Shown: positions 25,700-28,500 of the stretch, piece after piece
Layout: each line of letters begins with the position of its first letter
Numbering within the stretch: the first letter of the stretch is position 1
Source of the DNA: a virus
Lineage: Duplodnaviria > Caudoviricetes
DNA: 28,500 nucleotides
IMG/VR virus record: IMGVR_UViG_3300042229_000079
Coordinates: 1-28,500 of that record
Direction: 5' to 3' (one strand)
The notes under the pieces: model-generated
What the model was told of the DNA's origin: nothing
The model's database searches: none
Seen by the model: only the letters and a program-made list of their open reading frames with translations
Position numbers and translations under genes: made by a program

Positions 25700-26160
25700 C
25701 GCCTTGCCCTCACGCGTGCTTCCAGCGCCTGCCGTTTGGAAACGACATCGCGTTCATGTTCTTCAATCAGATGGAGTTCGATCAGGTCGCTGTACCGCTC
25801 GGGTACAGCGACCAAACCGAAGCCGGAAACGACCAGGCTGACCAGGTCGTGTGCGCCGGTTGCGTCAATCAAAGCCACGAAGGCGTCGAGCGTGATCCGG
25901 TTGCTGTCTGCCGCCTCCGACGCCCACTTGTTGAGCATGTCCTCGGAGATAGGCCGCCCCAGATAGTCACTCATGGCCTGGGCAATCTGGCTGCGCTTGA
26001 TGTCCCGTCCTTTGGCTTCTTTCAGCGCCTGCGAGATCGCCCGTGCAATCCGGTTGTCGAGCGCGCCGCGACCGGTCACATCTTCACTGTAACCGACAGC
26101 CACCTTCGGCGGCTGCCAGTCGAAAAGGTCCGAAGTAAGGGTGTCGCGGCGCTTGCTCAT
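25696..26160 (-). CDS. Putative DNA-binding regulatory protein (154 aa, CII-like HTH)
   Basis: 'RSQIAQAMSDYLGRPISEDMLNKWASEA' HTH-like; TGATG-coupled start at 26160. Confidence 0.7.
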   Translation of the reverse strand: MSKRRDTLTSDLFDWQPPKVAVGYSEDVTGRGALDNRIARAISQALKEAKGRDIKRSQIAQAMSDYLGRPISEDMLNKWASEAADSNRITLDAFVALIDATGAHDLVSLVVSGFGLVAVPERYSDLIELHLIEEHERDVVSKRQALEARVRARR

Positions 26161-27002
26161 CAGGCGGCTTCCTTCAGAGCGATGATCTCTTCGATCAGAT
26201 CCCAATTCTCGGTGATGAACCGGCGCTTGGCCGCATCAGGCAGCTTCGCGAACTGGTCAGATACCCGCGCCCAGGGCTCCGGCTTTGATGTCGGGGGAAC
26301 CCTGTCGAGGATGGCGATCGCGCCTGACACATCGTGGGCTGCAGGTGGCTCGGACAACAGAAGCCCGGCGATCGCCGACTGACGCTCGTCTGTCTGTGTG
26401 CAAAGCGCCAGCAACTCGGACTGGTTATTGGCAATCCTGTGCAGCGAAAGCCGGATCCGAACCTCGTCGTTGATACGGGAGATCCGCAGGCTGCGCTTGA
26501 TTGCATCCTTGTTCATCCCGAGCGCTATTTGGGCCGCTTCGGAGAAGCTGGAAGCAAACAGTTCCGCCTGGGCCTCTAGCACCTCATCCGAATTAGGGGC
26601 AGATTTGCCCCTAATTGGTTTCTTGCCCGGTTTGATTGCGCCTGCCGCCTGCTCGTAGGCTTCCCGCCACCGCGCAACGTCCCGCGCTTTATCGAGGACG
26701 CTGAGGCCGCGCGTCATGAAGTTCGCCGCGATTTCTCTCAGCGTCGCCTCGGTGTCGGTCGCCACCTCGGCCGCCGTCTTGATCTTGGCGGTGACATGAA
26801 GCTCGCCGCGCTGGGCGCAAGCATTGAGCCTGTGCAATCCGTCGATCAACCGGAAGCGGTCTCCGGCCTCGACCACCTCGATCGGGTTGATTTGACCGTT
26901 GCGGACCATGTCGGCCGCAATCGTCTCGATCCATTTCGGATCGGCGACACGCCGGCCTTGGGTGATGTCGATAAGTTCGATTTCGATATCTTCAATACGC
27001 AT
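26160..27002 (-). CDS. ParB N-terminal-domain protein
   Basis: 'GQINPIEV...FRLIDGLHRLNA...EIAANFMTRGLSVLD' ParB box, followed by an HTH-like segment. Confidence 0.88.
   Translation of the reverse strand: MRIEDIEIELIDITQGRRVADPKWIETIAADMVRNGQINPIEVVEAGDRFRLIDGLHRLNACAQRGELHVTAKIKTAAEVATDTEATLREIAANFMTRGLSVLDKARDVARWREAYEQAAGAIKPGKKPIRGKSAPNSDEVLEAQAELFASSFSEAAQIALGMNKDAIKRSLRISRINDEVRIRLSLHRIANNQSELLALCTQTDERQSAIAGLLLSEPPAAHDVSGAIAILDRVPPTSKPEPWARVSDQFAKLPDAAKRRFITENWDLIEEIIALKEAA
26591..26616. repeat. 26-bp near-perfect palindrome inside the ParB-like gene
   Basis: AATTAGGGGCA-gatt-TGCCCCTAATT (perfect 11-bp arms). Confidence 0.9.
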
Positions 27003-27020
27003 TGAAACACCTTTGAAAGG

Positions 27021-27269
27021 TCAGTGAAGACTGGTCGGCCAGTTGCGGCGCGCACCGATGATGATTGCGCCCAGAACGCACGCGGCGCCCAAGACAATGC
27101 CGACCGCAAATGCGGTCCAGAAGGCGTCCGGCATCTTTGAAACGATCAGCATCGCCGAGACGGTACATGCCAGCGCCGCCAGGATAACTCCCGCAATCAG
27201 GGTCAGCGTGATCACCTCGCCAGCTGCGGCTTTGTCAGGCGGGGGGGAAAAAGAGCGCTCGTTGGTCAT
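27021..27269 (-). CDS. Small two-TM membrane protein (82 aa)
   Basis: Two hydrophobic segments; ATG 1 nt after the ner stop. Confidence 0.65.
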   Translation of the reverse strand: MTNERSFSPPPDKAAAGEVITLTLIAGVILAALACTVSAMLIVSKMPDAFWTAFAVGIVLGAACVLGAIIIGARRNWPTSLH

Positions 27270-27270
27270 C

Positions 27271-27591
27271 TCAGGCAGCCCGCTCGTCCACAGAGCCACC
27301 GTCTTTTTGACGTGACGCGGAGCCCTTCTTCAGGCTAGCATTAGCGTCACTGTTGTGACCCCGTGGGTGATATCCCGGAAACAACCGGCTGATCGGTTCG
27401 CCGAGCGCATCGGCAATGGCTTTCGCGCCCTTGTAGTTGCGCCGTGCGATCCCGTGGCGGCAGACGCTGGCCTCATAGCCGTTGTCTTCTGCGATGCCCG
27501 ACAGCGACATGCCGCGCCGCTTCACTTCGGCCAGCACGTCGTAGCGATCGGGGGTCTTCGGAAAAGTTTCGGGAAGGAGGCTCTTGGTCAT
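27271..27591 (-). CDS. ner: Ner-like DNA-binding protein
   Basis: 'DVLAEVKRRGMSLSGIA...AIADALGEPISRLFP' Ner/HTH_35 pattern; first gene divergent from the repressor. Confidence 0.85.
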   Translation of the reverse strand: MTKSLLPETFPKTPDRYDVLAEVKRRGMSLSGIAEDNGYEASVCRHGIARRNYKGAKAIADALGEPISRLFPGYHPRGHNSDANASLKKGSASRQKDGGSVDERAA

Positions 27592-27659
27592 GATGGGTCC
27601 TTTGGATGCGGCTCTGGCAGGAACCGGGTTCGAGGGGTACGCAAATCACTTGGATGGCC

Positions 27660-27691
27660 GTCAGTGTGCAAACAATAATAGTCAGTGTCAA
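27660..27691 (-). promoter_or_regulatory. Early promoter (Pe-like) with overlapping direct repeats
   Basis: Minus strand TTGACA (27691-27686)-N17-CACACT (27668-27663); GTCAGTGT at 27660-27667 and 27681-27688. Confidence 0.6.
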
Positions 27692-27804
27692 CGATGAAAC
27701 CAACGAAATGCAAACTTTACTGTTCGCCCTTGGGTGCGGATGTAAATTATTGTTTTCGAACAGTGGTTTGGCCGCGAATTGGGGTGTTATGAGATTGGTA
27801 AGCC

Positions 27805-28500
27805 ATGTTAACTGATCATAGTTTTGATCGCGCGGGTTTTTCGGAGCGGCTCAAGCAGCTGCAAGGAGATATGAGCGAGCGAGCATTCGCCACTAAAGTT
27901 GGCATAAACCCCACGAGTGTCAGCAATTATTTGAATGGCCAAACACCAGGCGTGGACAAGGTGGTGGACATCGCGACAGCTTGCGGCGTGTCCGTATCTT
28001 GGCTGATTACCGGCGCAGATAGTCCACCGTCACAACTCCAATCAACGGCCATGCCGGAAGGCTTTCTGCCAGCCTCTGTGATGAAAGACTTCGCGCTGAT
28101 CCCGCGTCTCGATATCCGCGCTTCGGCAGGCAATGGAAACCTCGCAATTGACGAGGAAGTAATTGATTTTCTTGCGTTTCAGGAAAGCTGGTTGCGCGGC
28201 AGGAACATCAACCCGAAATATGCGCGGGTGATGACAGCCAAGGGCGACAGCATGGAGCCGACCATCCGCGACGGCGACGTGCTCCTGGTCGATACGTCGA
28301 TCGACCGCATCCGCGACAATTCACTTTACGTGCTGGTTTTTGGCGGCATGGTGTTTGTCAAACGCATCCACCAGCGCCTGACCGGCGCGGTTCTGCTCAT
28401 CAGCGACAATACCCATTATCCGCCTGAGGAAGTCTCGGAAGCCAACGCGCCCGATCTCCACGTCGCCGGCCGCGTCGTCTGGTTCGGCCGCTCAATCTGA
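27805..28500 (+). CDS. Prophage repressor (XRE HTH + S24 peptidase, cI/LexA-like)
   Basis: HTH 'SERAFATKVGINPTSVSNYLNG'; cleavage-site motif 'ASAGNG', catalytic 'GDSMEP' and 'VKR'. Confidence 0.93.
   Translation: MLTDHSFDRAGFSERLKQLQGDMSERAFATKVGINPTSVSNYLNGQTPGVDKVVDIATACGVSVSWLITGADSPPSQLQSTAMPEGFLPASVMKDFALIPRLDIRASAGNGNLAIDEEVIDFLAFQESWLRGRNINPKYARVMTAKGDSMEPTIRDGDVLLVDTSIDRIRDNSLYVLVFGGMVFVKRIHQRLTGAVLLISDNTHYPPEEVSEANAPDLHVAGRVVWFGRSI

Larger units (their letters stand above)
126..28500. mobile_element. Mu-like transposable prophage (both ends outside the window)
   Basis: Transposase A and B, ner, Mor-type activator, Mu-type terminase, portal, F, I, T, gp36 and G in Mu-like order, plus tail genes. 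Confidence 0.96.

Noticed and set aside
27797-27812. CtrA box at the repressor start
   Set aside because: Only one good TTAA half-site; spacing and second half do not fit TTAA-N7-TTAA.
1-28500. CRISPR array, rRNA, or Mu end (TG...CA with transposase-binding repeats)
   Set aside because: No repeat-spacer array or rRNA-like sequence seen; the prophage termini lie outside the window.

Overview
Most of a Mu-like (transposable) prophage in a high-GC genome; the gene content suggests an alphaproteobacterial host. Right to left on the minus strand: ner, a ParB-like gene and small genes, DDE transposase A and ATPase B, a semi-essential region (DUF3164, GemA/gp16, ASCH), a Mor/C-type late activator, lysis genes, Mu-type head genes (terminase, portal, MuF, protease/scaffold, capsid) and a P2-type baseplate/tail-fibre block. 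A divergent cI/LexA-like repressor is at the right edge. At the left edge, the end of an IS5-family element truncates a secreted beta-propeller-like gene that follows the tail fibre. The most striking unexplained feature is a 71-nt tRNA-shaped element (10002-10072) with its own sigma70-like promoter on the + strand. It converges on the 3' end of a MuF gene whose C-terminal extension looks like a BECR-type RNase and has no protein immunity gene beside it, so the pair may be a virion toxin with a tRNA-mimic RNA antitoxin. Other signals: a 26-bp palindrome inside the ParB-like gene, a dyad shared by two late promoters, and phased TTYRAA arrays. All family assignments come from recognising motifs and gene order by eye; no database search was run.
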